From positions 32,001-96,000 of the IMG/VR virus record IMGVR_UViG_3300042275_000518: DNA of 64,000 bases; one strand, 5' to 3'. This DNA comes from a virus (taxonomy: Duplodnaviria > Caudoviricetes). Shown here piece after piece: positions 21,064-32,049 of this stretch. The notes below the pieces were generated by a model. It made no database searches. It was not told the DNA's origin and was given only the letters and a program-made list of their open reading frames with translations. A program made the translations under genes and the position numbers. Position 1 is the first letter of the stretch; every line of letters begins with the position of its first letter.

Positions 21064-22178
21064 AAAAATACCTCCTATTTCTTAATATTTATTTTCTCAA
21101 TAATTTGAACAGCTCTTGCTACATTGATTTGTTCATGTGACATTGGATCGACAACATACCAGCCTTCTCCTAAGAAATAATCTGTCATTACCTTAACAAA
21201 CTCTGCGTCTGTCATAGGTTTTGGGAAGATATTTTCTTCTGGGTCGTTACTGTACTTATCGAGGACTCTGTCTAAGAATTTTTCTTGTCTTTCTGTTTTC
21301 TTATTCTTTTTTCTCATATTTCCTCCTATATTTCTAGATAAGATTCTGTTATTTCTAATACTTCAATATCTGACAGTTCAGCATTATACCAACTTCTAAG
21401 ATAAGCACTTTCTGCTTTCTTTTTACTCATATAAGTCTTGATAGAAGTATCTCCGATTTCAGAGATCTTTTTAAAAGTATAATTTCTAGCTAACCCACAA
21501 AATATTTCTGTTCTTTCTTTTCGAGTAATAACAAATCGTGCTCTTTCTATTTTTAATTTTTCCATTCTACTTATTTTCATCCACCTTTTCTATTGGTTCT
21601 AAAACTAGATTTGCAATATTTCTTCGTTGTATTTCCTTCTCAATTTTCTCCATAAGTTTTACTAGCTCTTTATCCGTAAGAAATGTAAGAACAGGAGTAT
21701 TTCCACTTTTTAATATATCATAAGCCATTCTAATAAACCCCCAAATAACTTCTAACATCTAAAAATATCCATTTTTTATTCATATACACACTCCTCACTG
21801 TAATTTATTTAGTAAAACGTAATGTTCCTCTGCCTCAGTTGCAATTTCTTCTAACATATCTCTTAGTATTGAAATCTCACCAGGTATAACAACTTCTACC
21901 TGTCTAGTTAGAAATTCTGTTCTCTCAAATGCTTTGCGTCCTTGATATCTCAATAGACATACTTCTTCAAGAGTGCGGTCTGGATAGTCATAGGCATTAG
22001 TTTTATGAGCATTTGCAGCTATGGAAATATTGTTTATTTCATTTCTAGCTGTCCATCTTTGATGCAACAGGTCTTCTATTTCTTTTTTAATACTTTCATA
22101 TTCTTCATTTAATTCTTCCAGTGTTTTGTCACTCATGTTGCTTCCTCCCTTAAAAAGAAAGGGGAATTAATGATTCCC

Positions 22179-24170
22179 CTAATTATTCAACATTTTTAAT
22201 AAATGTAAACTGTCACACATTGTAAGCATTTCTTCTTCATTTATGATTGGAATGCCCAATTGTTGTGCCTTCAAGTTCTTGCTTGTTCCAGTTGTTTTAT
22301 CATTTGTAATCAAATAGTGTGTATTCTTGCTTACACTTCCAACAACTTTCCCACCAAGACTTTCAATTAAATCAACATAATCGTCTCTCTTTAATGACAA
22401 TGCGCCCGTAATACAGAAGTTCTTTCCGTCTAATGATAATGCATCTGTTTTATCGCTTATATCTCCTTCTTGAAGTTGTAAACCATAATCATCAATAAGA
22501 GTTTGAATCATTTTCTTATGCGCAGGGTCTCTGAAATATTCATATAAAGATGTTGCAATTGTTTCACCAATATCATCCATTTCTAAGAATTCTTCTTTAC
22601 TTGCACCCATGATGAGTTTAAGAGTTCCGAATTGCTTAACAAGGGCTTTACCGACTGTTTTTCCAACATTCCATATTCCCAAACCTGCAATGAATTTTTC
22701 TAATTTTTGTGTTTTAGAATCTTCAATATTTTTCAATAGTCGATCGACTAGCTTTTCACCAACACGTTCTAATTTCAACATTTCTTCTTTATGAGACTTC
22801 AAGTTATACAAGTCTTCAAAGGAACATAGAAATCCTGCGCTGTAAAGTTTCTCAACCATGATTTCTGCAAATCCATCAATTTCCATATCTGTTGTAAACT
22901 TAACAATCTTTCCAACTATTCTTGCTGGACAGTCATCGTTTGTACAATAATAATCTTGATGGTCATCATTTAATTTCTTTAATTTAGTATTACATTCTGG
23001 GCAGAATTGAGGAAAGATAACTTTCGTTCTAGTTTGTCCGTCTCGAATACGCTCTTCAACAACAACATGGTTGATGAACGGAATAATTTCTGCAGCCTTT
23101 TTAATATTGACTTTGTCACCAATCATAATATCTAGGTTCTTCATATACTCTTTATTATTAAGAGTTGCCTTTTGAACTGTTGAGCCAGATAAAAATACAG
23201 GTTGTAAAATTGCAACTGGTGTAATTTTTCCAGTTCTTCCAACCCAGAATTCAACGTCTTTTACAGTTGTAATTGCTGTATCTGGTTCATATTTATATGC
23301 TTTTGCCCAATGCGGAAATTTAGATGTTCCGCCAATTGCTTGCCATAAACCTCTGTGGTTTACTTTAATAACAGCACCATCAATTTCGTATTCAAGGTCT
23401 TTCTTTTTATTTTCAATTGTTAAAATATGGCCCCAAAGAGTTTCGAAATTTGATGCTGTATAATATTGACCAACATTAAATCCAACATTTCTAAGATGTT
23501 CTAAACTATCTTTATGAGTTAGAAATTTACTGTCTTCAAGCCAATAAGTATATGCTCTCAATTTTCTCTCTTTAAATCTTTCAACATCTAATAACTTCAA
23601 AGTTCCAGAAGTAAGATTTCTTGGATTAGCGTATTTTCCATCTGTATTTAATCTCTCAAATTCAGATTTCTCCATAAGAATTTCTCCACGAACTTCACCA
23701 GTGAAATCGCTAGTTCTACTAAGTTGAAGATCTTCGATAAGTTGAAGATTTTGTGTGATATCCTCGCCATATTCTCCATCTCCACGAGTTAAACCACGAA
23801 CTAGTTTTCCATCTTCATAAGTTGCTGAAAATGAAACGCCATCATATTTGTATTCTACGATAACATCTAAAATTCCAAACTCGATACGCATTTTATTAAA
23901 CCATTCTTGCAATTCTTCTTTACTATAAGTATTTTGAAGAGAAAGCATTGGTCTATTATGTTTAAATTTTTCACCCATTGTAGAAATTCCTGGGCGTTTT
24001 GTAATACTGTCGTCTCTGACCCATTCTGGATGGGCTTCTTCGATTTCTTCTAGTTCTTTCAAAAGCATATCAAATTCTCGATCTGAAATCAATGAAATAT
24101 GTTCATTGTAATAGGAATTTGAGTAAGCGATGAGTTTATCTAAAAGTTCGTTGTAATATTGTTGTGTCAT
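22179..24170 (-). CDS. ligA: NAD-dependent DNA ligase
   Basis: EYKYDG, TRGDG..GEDIT, EVRGE, VGRTGKITP, Zn finger, HhH, BRCT. Confidence 0.97.
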   Translation of the reverse strand: MTQQYYNELLDKLIAYSNSYYNEHISLISDREFDMLLKELEEIEEAHPEWVRDDSITKRPGISTMGEKFKHNRPMLSLQNTYSKEELQEWFNKMRIEFGILDVIVEYKYDGVSFSATYEDGKLVRGLTRGDGEYGEDITQNLQLIEDLQLSRTSDFTGEVRGEILMEKSEFERLNTDGKYANPRNLTSGTLKLLDVERFKERKLRAYTYWLEDSKFLTHKDSLEHLRNVGFNVGQYYTASNFETLWGHILTIENKKKDLEYEIDGAVIKVNHRGLWQAIGGTSKFPHWAKAYKYEPDTAITTVKDVEFWVGRTGKITPVAILQPVFLSGSTVQKATLNNKEYMKNLDIMIGDKVNIKKAAEIIPFINHVVVEERIRDGQTRTKVIFPQFCPECNTKLKKLNDDHQDYYCTNDDCPARIVGKIVKFTTDMEIDGFAEIMVEKLYSAGFLCSFEDLYNLKSHKEEMLKLERVGEKLVDRLLKNIEDSKTQKLEKFIAGLGIWNVGKTVGKALVKQFGTLKLIMGASKEEFLEMDDIGETIATSLYEYFRDPAHKKMIQTLIDDYGLQLQEGDISDKTDALSLDGKNFCITGALSLKRDDYVDLIESLGGKVVGSVSKNTHYLITNDKTTGTSKNLKAQQLGIPIINEEEMLTMCDSLHLLKMLNN

Positions 24171-24484
24171 TTATAATCCCATCTCCTCTAGAATTTTATA
24201 AACCATATCTTTATGAGTTTTCATAGCTTCTTCGTCTTTATATACACCCTTTATGCTATCTCCATTAAACCAGATGCTTATGAGAGTTGTATATTCTGAA
24301 GTATTCTCATCTAACATTATAAAATATTTTTGTTTTTGAGGTATTACTACAATCTTAGCGTCAAGTAATTCTGATAATGAGTTTCCTATGTCCTCCATCA
24401 TTTCTCGTTCAGTACTCCAAACTTTTTCCTCAGCCTCTTTAACTCCTCTTTTGGCATCTATTAGTTTCTTAAAATAGTCTTTCA

Positions 24485-25063
24485 TTATTCCTCTTCCTCT
24501 TTCTTAATTTTTCCATTCCATCCATATTGAGCTAAAAGATAAAGTAGTTCACTTTCAACAAAGTCTTTATCCAACCACTCTTCAACTTCTATTTGAAGAT
24601 TTAGTTCAATATTTTTTGTTTCATTTGAAATTTCTCCTAGTTCTAAATTTCTATTTTTAATAGTATCTTCCAATATTGGAATTGCATCCATAAAATATAA
24701 ATCATACTTTCTAAAAGCCGAATCTATTGTTTGGAACATACATCTTCCTTTGTGAAAGAATAATTCTCTTCCTTCAAGAAATTCATCTAAATATTTTTCT
24801 AACTCATCAGCTTTAATTGAAACTGTTGTTATTGCAAAAAGATCTCCTTTTCGAATAATTTGTCTTTTTACACCATCATCTTCAATATCAATTACTGGTT
24901 TATCAATTAAAAATTTTTTCAATTCATAATAAGTATCTTGAAACATTTTTCTTCCAAATTTTGTTTTTAGTAGTGTAGATGAATTTTTAAGATCTAATAC
25001 AAATAATGTATACAGACCGCTTTGTTCTTTTTGAACTTTTTTATAAACCTCTTCTATCGTCAT
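24485..25063 (-). CDS. Hypothetical protein, possible nucleotide-cyclase/SatD-like fold
   Basis: LFVLDLKNSS ... RKGDLF spacing. Confidence 0.3.
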   Translation of the reverse strand: MTIEEVYKKVQKEQSGLYTLFVLDLKNSSTLLKTKFGRKMFQDTYYELKKFLIDKPVIDIEDDGVKRQIIRKGDLFAITTVSIKADELEKYLDEFLEGRELFFHKGRCMFQTIDSAFRKYDLYFMDAIPILEDTIKNRNLELGEISNETKNIELNLQIEVEEWLDKDFVESELLYLLAQYGWNGKIKKEEEE

Positions 25064-25292
25064 TATCTTTCACCAGCCTTGGGCAATTAGTCTCTGTTGC
25101 AATTTCCCAATCATCCTCTGCAATATTAGAAAGTGTAAAAATAATATCATTCGTATCTTGAAGGTCTAAGTTATCTCCTTCTTTAAGATGAATAATAACT
25201 TTCTCTTCTTCTTTGATCCAATATCCTTCCCAATATTTTCTTTTGATAGGAAGACCTTGTCGTAAATATTTTAAAGCTTCTTTAAAATTCAT
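25041..25292 (-). CDS. DUF2829/Tad2-like small protein
   Basis: MNFKEALKYLRQG..IKRKYW ... IAEDDWEI. Confidence 0.55.
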   Translation of the reverse strand: MNFKEALKYLRQGLPIKRKYWEGYWIKEEEKVIIHLKEGDNLDLQDTNDIIFTLSNIAEDDWEIATETNCPRLVKDNDDRRGL

Positions 25293-25434
25293 ATTAATCC
25301 TCCTCTGGATCTTTCTTTTTAAGTTCAATTTTTTTATGTGATTTCTTTCTCATTTCATAAAAAGTATCGACTTGTTCTTGTGTAGGTTGTTCCATTTTTT
25401 CAGCCCATTCCTCCCAGAATTCCTGCGCTGTTTG

Positions 25435-25695
25435 CTACTGTTCTTCTTCAATATTTTCTTCTGTGTTTTTATTTTTATCCTGTAATATAGCCAAAAGAAT
25501 AAATATTGGCCATCCAATAGCAAATAATACTAGTGCTTTCTTAATAGCCGTTTCTGACATCATTCTTGGTGAGACATCTAACTTCTCCCTGATTTCTTCA
25601 TCATTTAGTGCTTTCCAAATAGTTAATGATATCAAAGCCCCAATCGTTAAATAAATAATTCCAATAATAATTAAAACTTGTTGTGTTGCATCCAT
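25435..25695 (-). CDS. Small two-TM membrane protein
   Basis: Two hydrophobic segments and a WP motif. Confidence 0.6.
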   Translation of the reverse strand: MDATQQVLIIIGIIYLTIGALISLTIWKALNDEEIREKLDVSPRMMSETAIKKALVLFAIGWPIFILLAILQDKNKNTEENIEEEQ

Positions 25696-25907
25696 TTTAT
25701 TCCTCCTTTTATTTTATCAACATCTACATATACTCAATCTTATAATATATAATCAATACAATTTTTAGATTTTAAGATTAATTTTTTCTAATTATTTTTA
25801 AAAGAAAAAAAATTTTAGTTTAAACATAGAACAAAAAATTATAGGATATCAAGTAATAACACCATTTCCTATATATAAATCTAAAAATTAAAGGAGGTAT
25901 AAGAAGC

Positions 25908-26120
25908 ATGATGACATTATCGAGAGATTATGGTAAACAATATGCCCAACTCAAACGCAGAATTAGCGCCTTACGTATAAAGCTTCTTTATGCCGCTATG
26001 ACTGACACGACTTTATTGTATGCAGAGATACTAGACAACTTGGCAAAAGAGCTTGATATACTATATTCAGATGGACGATATTTTGACGAAATTGAGAAAA
26101 AAATTGAAGAACTAGAATAA
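25908..26120 (+). CDS. Small protein transcribed against the main direction
   Basis: AAGGAGG RBS, late promoter at 25830-25841, terminator at about 26120-26150. Confidence 0.75.
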   Translation: MMTLSRDYGKQYAQLKRRISALRIKLLYAAMTDTTLLYAEILDNLAKELDILYSDGRYFDEIEKKIEELE

Positions 26121-26152
26121 AAAAAAGATAACCTTTTGGGTTATCTTTTTAT

Positions 26153-26338
26153 ATTATCACACATTATAAAATTGAACAGCAGCCGAATGCAATTCGATTC
26201 CGATTAGTAGTCCCCTTTTTATTCGATAGAAAAAGGGGCTACTTTTGGACCGATTGATGTCGGCTGAGGCTCCATTTATAAAAACTGAAATTTATTACAA
26301 TATTAATCTAGCGAAACACTAGAAATTTCTGTGATAAT
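26153..26338 (+). ncRNA. Dispersed fourth copy of the structured unit arrayed at 8884-9318
   Basis: ATTATCACA/TGTGATAAT closing helix, CATTA, long hairpin, CTAG-CGAAACA-CTAG, TC. Confidence 0.6.
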
Positions 26339-26430
26339 TTTTAAATTTTATTCATCTTCAAGAAGTTCTTCTTCGGTCATTTCACTAATGCGTTTTATTT
26401 CGTCTATAGTTTTCCTTTCTTGTTACTTTC

Positions 26431-26919
26431 TTAAAAATTCAATTTAAACCACAATTCAAAATCCTCATCGTCCATGTCAATTGTTTGATAGAATAACGGA
26501 AATCTGTTTTTCATGGTTTCATAAGACATTGGGTCTCTGTATATTGATAAATCTAGTATAACAAAGTTGTCTTCTTCTACATTCATTATCAAGGATCTAA
26601 ACCTTTCATTTAAGGTTCTAATAGCATGTTTTGTAAGTCTTAAAGTTCCATCGTTGATGATTATTTTAAACTTATGACCATTATATATATTGCTAACTTC
26701 TATTTTGCTATTATCTCCTATAACGTTTTTAAGAGCCGCAATATAAACACGTTTTAGGTGAGATTTTATATCTAGGCTTCTTATTTCTTGTCGGATTTTT
26801 TCCATTTCTTTTTCAAAGTCATTATGAACTTTGTGAAGTTCTTGAAGGAAATTGACATCATTTTCACAGTATTGAGATAACACTGGTTCAACTATTTTTT
26901 CCTTTTTAAATGGCCACAT
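26431..26919 (-). CDS. Hypothetical protein with C-terminal tag
   Basis: Ends MDDEDFELWFKLNF. Confidence 0.75.
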   Translation of the reverse strand: MWPFKKEKIVEPVLSQYCENDVNFLQELHKVHNDFEKEMEKIRQEIRSLDIKSHLKRVYIAALKNVIGDNSKIEVSNIYNGHKFKIIINDGTLRLTKHAIRTLNERFRSLIMNVEEDNFVILDLSIYRDPMSYETMKNRFPLFYQTIDMDDEDFELWFKLNF

Positions 26920-26962
26920 ATAATTCCTCCCTTAAAATAAAGAGAACCCTAAGGTTCTCTTA

Positions 26963-28996
26963 TTATTGTTCAAATGTTGCTTTGTATTCTTCTTCGCTAT
27001 AAGGTGTCTTACATTTTGGAAAATTATTACAAGCATAAAATGCTGAGCCCGCAGATTTTCCAGTTTTAGCAATCTTTTTAACGATTTTACCTTTTTTGCA
27101 TACAGGACATGTTGGAGCAGTTTTTAGTTGCTCTTCACGCTCTGCTTTTGCTTGTTTTTGTTCATCTGTCATAATTGCTTCTGTAAATTTACAGTGTGGA
27201 TATTTAGAACATGCTTTGAACTTTCCGTATTTACTTTGCCTAATCAATAAAGGCGCTCCACATTTTGGACAGACTTCATCTGTTTCCTCAGCAAAATTAT
27301 TCCCTTTAAACTCACGATTAGCTTTTAATACTAGTGGATTAAATTCTTCATAGAATTTTTTAAGCTCAGCAAGTTTTTCAACTTCACCATCTGCAATTTT
27401 ATCAAGCTTTGTTTCAAGCTCAGCTGTATATTGCACATTTAAAACAGAGTCATTAAAATACTGTTCAAGCATATTGATTAACTCAATTCCTTTATCTTGT
27501 GCAACAAGTGTCTTACCTTCTTTTATAGTATACTCACGGTCTGTCAAAGTGTTCATAATACTTGCATAAGTGGAAGGTCGTCCAATTCCGAGCTTTTCTA
27601 ACGTTTTAACTAAACCAGCTTCTGTATATCGTTTAGGCGGTTGTGTTTCTTTCTTTTCAAATTCAAGTGGTTTTGCATTTATAACTTCTTGCAATTTAAA
27701 CGCAGGAAGTATTTGATAACCTTTGTCATCTTCATTATATTCTTGATAAACTGCAAAGAATCCATCGAATACAATTTCGTTTCCAGAAATTCCAAATTTG
27801 TGCTTACCATTCTTGATTAGAACTTTTGTATCTTTAACCTGAGCATCAACCATAAGCGCTGCAAGTGTTCTTGCATATATAAGTTGATATACTTTATATT
27901 GCTCATTTGATAGAAAAGGTTTAACATCATCTGGTGTAAGTTCTAAATGTGTGGGACGAATTCCCTCATGAGCATTTTGTGCATTATCTGCAACTGCACC
28001 ATTAACTTTACCAGTGAAATATTTCTTTCCATAATCTTTTTCAATCTTCGTCTTGCACTCTTTAATAAAATCATCTGAAAGACGTATGCTGTCAGTTCTC
28101 ATATAAGTAATTAAACCATAATGAGTTCCTTTAACAACCATTCCCTCATATAATTCCTGAGCAATTTTCATTGATTTTTTCGGATTATAATTTAATTTAG
28201 CCGACATTTCTTGTTGAAAGCTTGAAGTTGTATAAGGCGGATTCGCTTTAATTTTACGAGTTTTTTGATTAATATCATCAACGATATAATCTTTGCCTTC
28301 ACAATCTTTAATAACTTTGTCAACTTGTTTTTGAGTTGATAATCTCTTTTCAACTTTTGTTCCTGAACCTTCATATTGAGCTTCGTAATTCTTTCTACTC
28401 TTAGTGAAGGGTAAGAAGATTTCAAAGTATGTTTCAGGTTTAAAAGCACGGACTTCTTTCTCTTTGTCAACTAAAATTTTAAGTGCTGCACTCTGAACTC
28501 GACCTGCAGATTTTGCATTTAACTTAGATAGTGCAAGTCCAGATAGTCTGAAACCAGCAATTCTGTCAATAAATCGTCTTGTTTCCTGACTCTCAACCAT
28601 TTTTTCATCAATATCTCTTGGATTTTGCAAGGCTGCAAGTACTGCTTTTTTTGTAATCTCATTAAAAGTAATTCGTTTTAATTTTTTTGCAGGAATTGAT
28701 AAAACACGTTTAAGAGATTCTGCGATTGCTTCACCTTCTCTATCTCCATCCATGGCTAAAATAACTTCCTCAGCTTTTTTTACAGATTCTTTTAATTTTT
28801 TTACAACGTCTTTTTTCTTTGGATCTATTTTATAACTAGGTTTGAAATCATTTTCGATATCTAATCCTAAATTGTATTTACCTTTTTTTTCTAAAATTTC
28901 AACATGCCCAATAGATGCCATTATTTGATATTCGGGGCCTAAGAATGATTTAATTGTTGAAATTTTCCCTGGTGATTCTAAAATTATAAGTTTCAT
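26963..28996 (-). CDS. topA: DNA topoisomerase I (type IA)
   Basis: ILESPGK TOPRIM, DGDREGE, SAGRVQS, ITYMRTDS, AHEGIRPT, GIGRPSTY, two Zn ribbons. Confidence 0.97.
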   Translation of the reverse strand: MKLIILESPGKISTIKSFLGPEYQIMASIGHVEILEKKGKYNLGLDIENDFKPSYKIDPKKKDVVKKLKESVKKAEEVILAMDGDREGEAIAESLKRVLSIPAKKLKRITFNEITKKAVLAALQNPRDIDEKMVESQETRRFIDRIAGFRLSGLALSKLNAKSAGRVQSAALKILVDKEKEVRAFKPETYFEIFLPFTKSRKNYEAQYEGSGTKVEKRLSTQKQVDKVIKDCEGKDYIVDDINQKTRKIKANPPYTTSSFQQEMSAKLNYNPKKSMKIAQELYEGMVVKGTHYGLITYMRTDSIRLSDDFIKECKTKIEKDYGKKYFTGKVNGAVADNAQNAHEGIRPTHLELTPDDVKPFLSNEQYKVYQLIYARTLAALMVDAQVKDTKVLIKNGKHKFGISGNEIVFDGFFAVYQEYNEDDKGYQILPAFKLQEVINAKPLEFEKKETQPPKRYTEAGLVKTLEKLGIGRPSTYASIMNTLTDREYTIKEGKTLVAQDKGIELINMLEQYFNDSVLNVQYTAELETKLDKIADGEVEKLAELKKFYEEFNPLVLKANREFKGNNFAEETDEVCPKCGAPLLIRQSKYGKFKACSKYPHCKFTEAIMTDEQKQAKAEREEQLKTAPTCPVCKKGKIVKKIAKTGKSAGSAFYACNNFPKCKTPYSEEEYKATFEQ

Positions 28997-29928
28997 TCTA
29001 TCAACTCTTTCTGTAATATCTTTTCGATATTATCATAATCTGTATATTTTATTCTTATTAATTTTATATTATTTTCTTTACATAGTTTATCTTTATATTT
29101 ATCTCTTTTTTGCTGATTTTTAAATTTTTGAATTGATCTTTTTGAATTAGAAAAAGATTCAAAATGTAAACGACCATCATATTCAATAAATAGATAATCA
29201 TTAATTTTAAAGTCAAAGGTTATATATTTAAATTTTTTATCTATTTCTCCATCATATCTAAAATTAAAATCAAAATCTATTTTATTAGAATTTAAAAATC
29301 TCATTATACGAGACTCACCCTTTGAAATCTTATTTGAGCATTGCGGGCATCTATTAGGTTTGTGCTTTTTTAAAAAATCTACAGGTCTAACATAATATTC
29401 ATTCTTGCATATATTATGCCTATGAAGAATAGGTACGTTAGCGTTTATATAATCTTCTAAAACTGAGTATTCATCTTTAACTAAATTATATATTTCACTT
29501 TTATATTCTTTTGTAGATTTTAATTTAGTACCATAGCATTTTGGACACCTTCTTCCTCTTATAAAAGAATCTGGTCTGACCTTGTATTCATGACCACAGG
29601 TATTATGCCTATGAAGAATTTTCACTTTATTTGTTTTATAAAAACTAGATAATACTGTATATTCATCTTTAACTAAATTATAAACATCTTGTTTATAATT
29701 TTTTAATGTTTTAGTTCTCTTTTTTATTTCTTCTTTTTTTGAACATTTTGGGCATCTCTGTCCATTTAAAAAATTATTAGGTCTTTTTTTGAATTCGTAA
29801 CCACATATATTATGTCTATGAAGAATAGGTGTATTAGTGTTTATATAATCTTCTAAAACTGTATATTTTCCTTTAGTTATTATTTTTATTCTTACCTTAT
29901 ATTCTTCAGTTGTTAATCTTTTTGGCAT
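28993..29928 (-). CDS. Free-standing homing-type endonuclease (Zn-ribbon repeats plus PD-(D/E)xK/Vsr-like domain)
   Basis: Three H..CG/K.EY...P..F...RCPxC repeats; SKGE, FDFK..FIEYDG..H, RD..KD..C. Confidence 0.8.
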   Translation of the reverse strand: MPKRLTTEEYKVRIKIITKGKYTVLEDYINTNTPILHRHNICGYEFKKRPNNFLNGQRCPKCSKKEEIKKRTKTLKNYKQDVYNLVKDEYTVLSSFYKTNKVKILHRHNTCGHEYKVRPDSFIRGRRCPKCYGTKLKSTKEYKSEIYNLVKDEYSVLEDYINANVPILHRHNICKNEYYVRPVDFLKKHKPNRCPQCSNKISKGESRIMRFLNSNKIDFDFNFRYDGEIDKKFKYITFDFKINDYLFIEYDGRLHFESFSNSKRSIQKFKNQQKRDKYKDKLCKENNIKLIRIKYTDYDNIEKILQKELIE

Positions 29929-29990
29929 TTTAAGTCCTCCTTTATATCTCTATTAATATAAAAGATTGTTATCTTTTGCAAAATATATTT

Positions 29991-30554
29991 TTAAAGTTCT
30001 TGTATTAGCATCTGACATGCATAGTTAATATATGTATCATTTTCTTCTTTAAATACTCTTCTTAATTCACTAATAAATCTGCTTCCTGCACCATTATATT
30101 TATTTTTTGCCGCTCTGTATTGGTTTATTAATGGAATAGTGTACTGTAAATTTTCAGGCCTATTGTCTTGTTTATTTCCATTTATATGGTCAACATCTTG
30201 ATCAACTTTTTTCCCATCTAAATATATCTTATTATAATAAGAGAATGCAACTACTCTATGAGCAGCATCCCAATATCCAACTTTTGAGCATTCAATTTCA
30301 ATATAACCATTTGCATCTACTCGTGCTTTTACTGGCTCTAATAGAATTTCATTTGTATTTGGGTCTACAATAAGGCAGTCTTCATTTTCAATATATTCAA
30401 AGATATCTGTAATTAGTCCATAAGAATTTCTTCCAACAATTAGACCATAACCTTCATTTAGCCTGTAAGTTCCAATTGTATTTATTAAATTGTTTTTTAT
30501 AACATATTCAATTCTTCCATCAACTTTTGTAGTTGATAATACTTCATATTTCAT
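29991..30554 (-). CDS. HNH endonuclease-like protein
   Basis: HRVVA...VDHINGNKQDNRPENL. Confidence 0.85.
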   Translation of the reverse strand: MKYEVLSTTKVDGRIEYVIKNNLINTIGTYRLNEGYGLIVGRNSYGLITDIFEYIENEDCLIVDPNTNEILLEPVKARVDANGYIEIECSKVGYWDAAHRVVAFSYYNKIYLDGKKVDQDVDHINGNKQDNRPENLQYTIPLINQYRAAKNKYNGAGSRFISELRRVFKEENDTYINYACQMLIQEL

Positions 30555-30571
30555 AATATTCCTCTATTCTT

Positions 30572-30985
30572 TTAATAATTTAATAGTAAAAATAATTTAA
30601 TTTCTTCGCTTTGTAAGTTTTCATTATTTTTAATAATACTAATAAGTTTTTTTAAGTAACTTGGAAAAGAAATAAATGGGGATAATATAGCAGATATAAC
30701 ACCAACATTAATAATCTTTTCAGAACCAAACCTAAGCAAATAAAAAATTAATGGAACTTCTAATAACTCAACGGGACTTACATGTACCTCTAAAACTCTG
30801 TTTAATTCGCCATCCAAAAGGAAAAACCAATCTTTATTTGAAATAGTCGTTCTATTAGTAAGCATTTTTTCTGAAATTTTGTGAGTAGAAGTAGCTTCAG
30901 GAAAAGTTTCATATATTAATTCTTTTAATTTTTTCTTATCAATGTCATCTATCTTTATATTTTTTAATACTTCATAAAAATCCAT
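30572..30985 (-). CDS. Hypothetical protein with C-terminal tag
   Basis: Ends SEEIKLFLLLNY. Confidence 0.7.
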   Translation of the reverse strand: MDFYEVLKNIKIDDIDKKKLKELIYETFPEATSTHKISEKMLTNRTTISNKDWFFLLDGELNRVLEVHVSPVELLEVPLIFYLLRFGSEKIINVGVISAILSPFISFPSYLKKLISIIKNNENLQSEEIKLFLLLNY

Positions 30986-31003
30986 ATAATTTCCTCCTTA
31001 TAA

Positions 31004-31578
31004 AACAAAAAAGATAGTATCCGAAGATACTATTTTTCATAAGTTTACCCCCTTACTTCTTTAAGAAGTTTTTCAGATTCTTTAATTTTCTTTTTCAAAT
31101 GTTCTATTCGTTTTTTAGAATCCGTAATATATCCTTCCAAATTCTCTTCTAAAGACTGTGCCAGGTCTTCAAATTTTATATATTGTACTTTATTTTCTAA
31201 TAACCAATGACCATAATATATAAAATACTCTTTATCAAAATCTGGAATTAAAAATCCGCAACCAAACATTTGATAATCAACAACATAAAAAGTTCCTTCA
31301 GAATCTATAAATGATTTACAATAATCAATCTCACCTTTTGACAGTCCATAACTTTTAGTTAATTTTTCTTTAGCAAGTTCCTGAGCCTGACTTAAAAAAT
31401 CATCGTCATTAATATCTCCATAATCTTCTATTAATTCTAAGTTTTTTATAGGTAATGAGGCTCCTTTAACATTCTTATGAAGGACCATAGGCACCTTAAT
31501 TAATTTTACTATCTTTTCGTAACTATCCATCTTATTTTCTCCTTCAATAACAAAAAAGATAGTATCCGAAGATACTAT
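31004..31578. repeat. 30-bp direct repeat (31004-31033, 31549-31578), a duplicated terminator flanking ORF 31045-31530
   Basis: AACAAAAAAGATAGTATCCGAAGATACTAT is identical in both copies. Confidence 0.85.
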
Positions 31579-31608
31579 CTTATATGCGTTATTTATATTT
31601 GTTTTATT

Positions 31609-32049
31609 TTAGAACCCTAAATCTTCGTCTTCTTCAAGTAGTCTTGCTTCAACGGTTTCGATTTTCTTAGGTTCTTCAAACTTCATATAGATTATTGTTA
31701 AACCATCTTTTACTTCATATGCTAATTTTTTAATTTCATCATCGAACAGTAATCTAATTGAGAAATCGACTTTATTACTAAAATCAATCTTTTCCATTTC
31801 AGTTGTACCTTTTACATTAAGATATCTGTATGGGTCTCCTTTTTTGTTAGCGATTTCAATTGTTAAATCATCTCTGCTTATACCGAGCGTATTTAGAACA
31901 AAGATAATTCCGCCATCTTTTCTTACAACCTTGTATGGTTGCATGTCTTTTACTGGTCGATTAAAATTACTGAATACTTGTTTAAATAAATTGTTGATGT
32001 CTCTATCGAAGCTATCAAAAACTCCAAAGTCATCGAATAAACCTCTCAT
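31609..32049 (-). CDS. Small heat-shock protein (Hsp20/alpha-crystallin)-like
   Basis: FDRDINNLFKQVF N-arm, LGISRDDLTIEI, AYEVKDGLTII; late promoter at 32137-32148. Confidence 0.7.
   Translation of the reverse strand: MRGLFDDFGVFDSFDRDINNLFKQVFSNFNRPVKDMQPYKVVRKDGGIIFVLNTLGISRDDLTIEIANKKGDPYRYLNVKGTTEMEKIDFSNKVDFSIRLLFDDEIKKLAYEVKDGLTIIYMKFEEPKKIETVEARLLEEDEDLGF

Noticed and set aside
29330-29900. ~170-bp DNA repeats as a repeat element
   Set aside because: They encode the tandem Zn-ribbon domains of the endonuclease.
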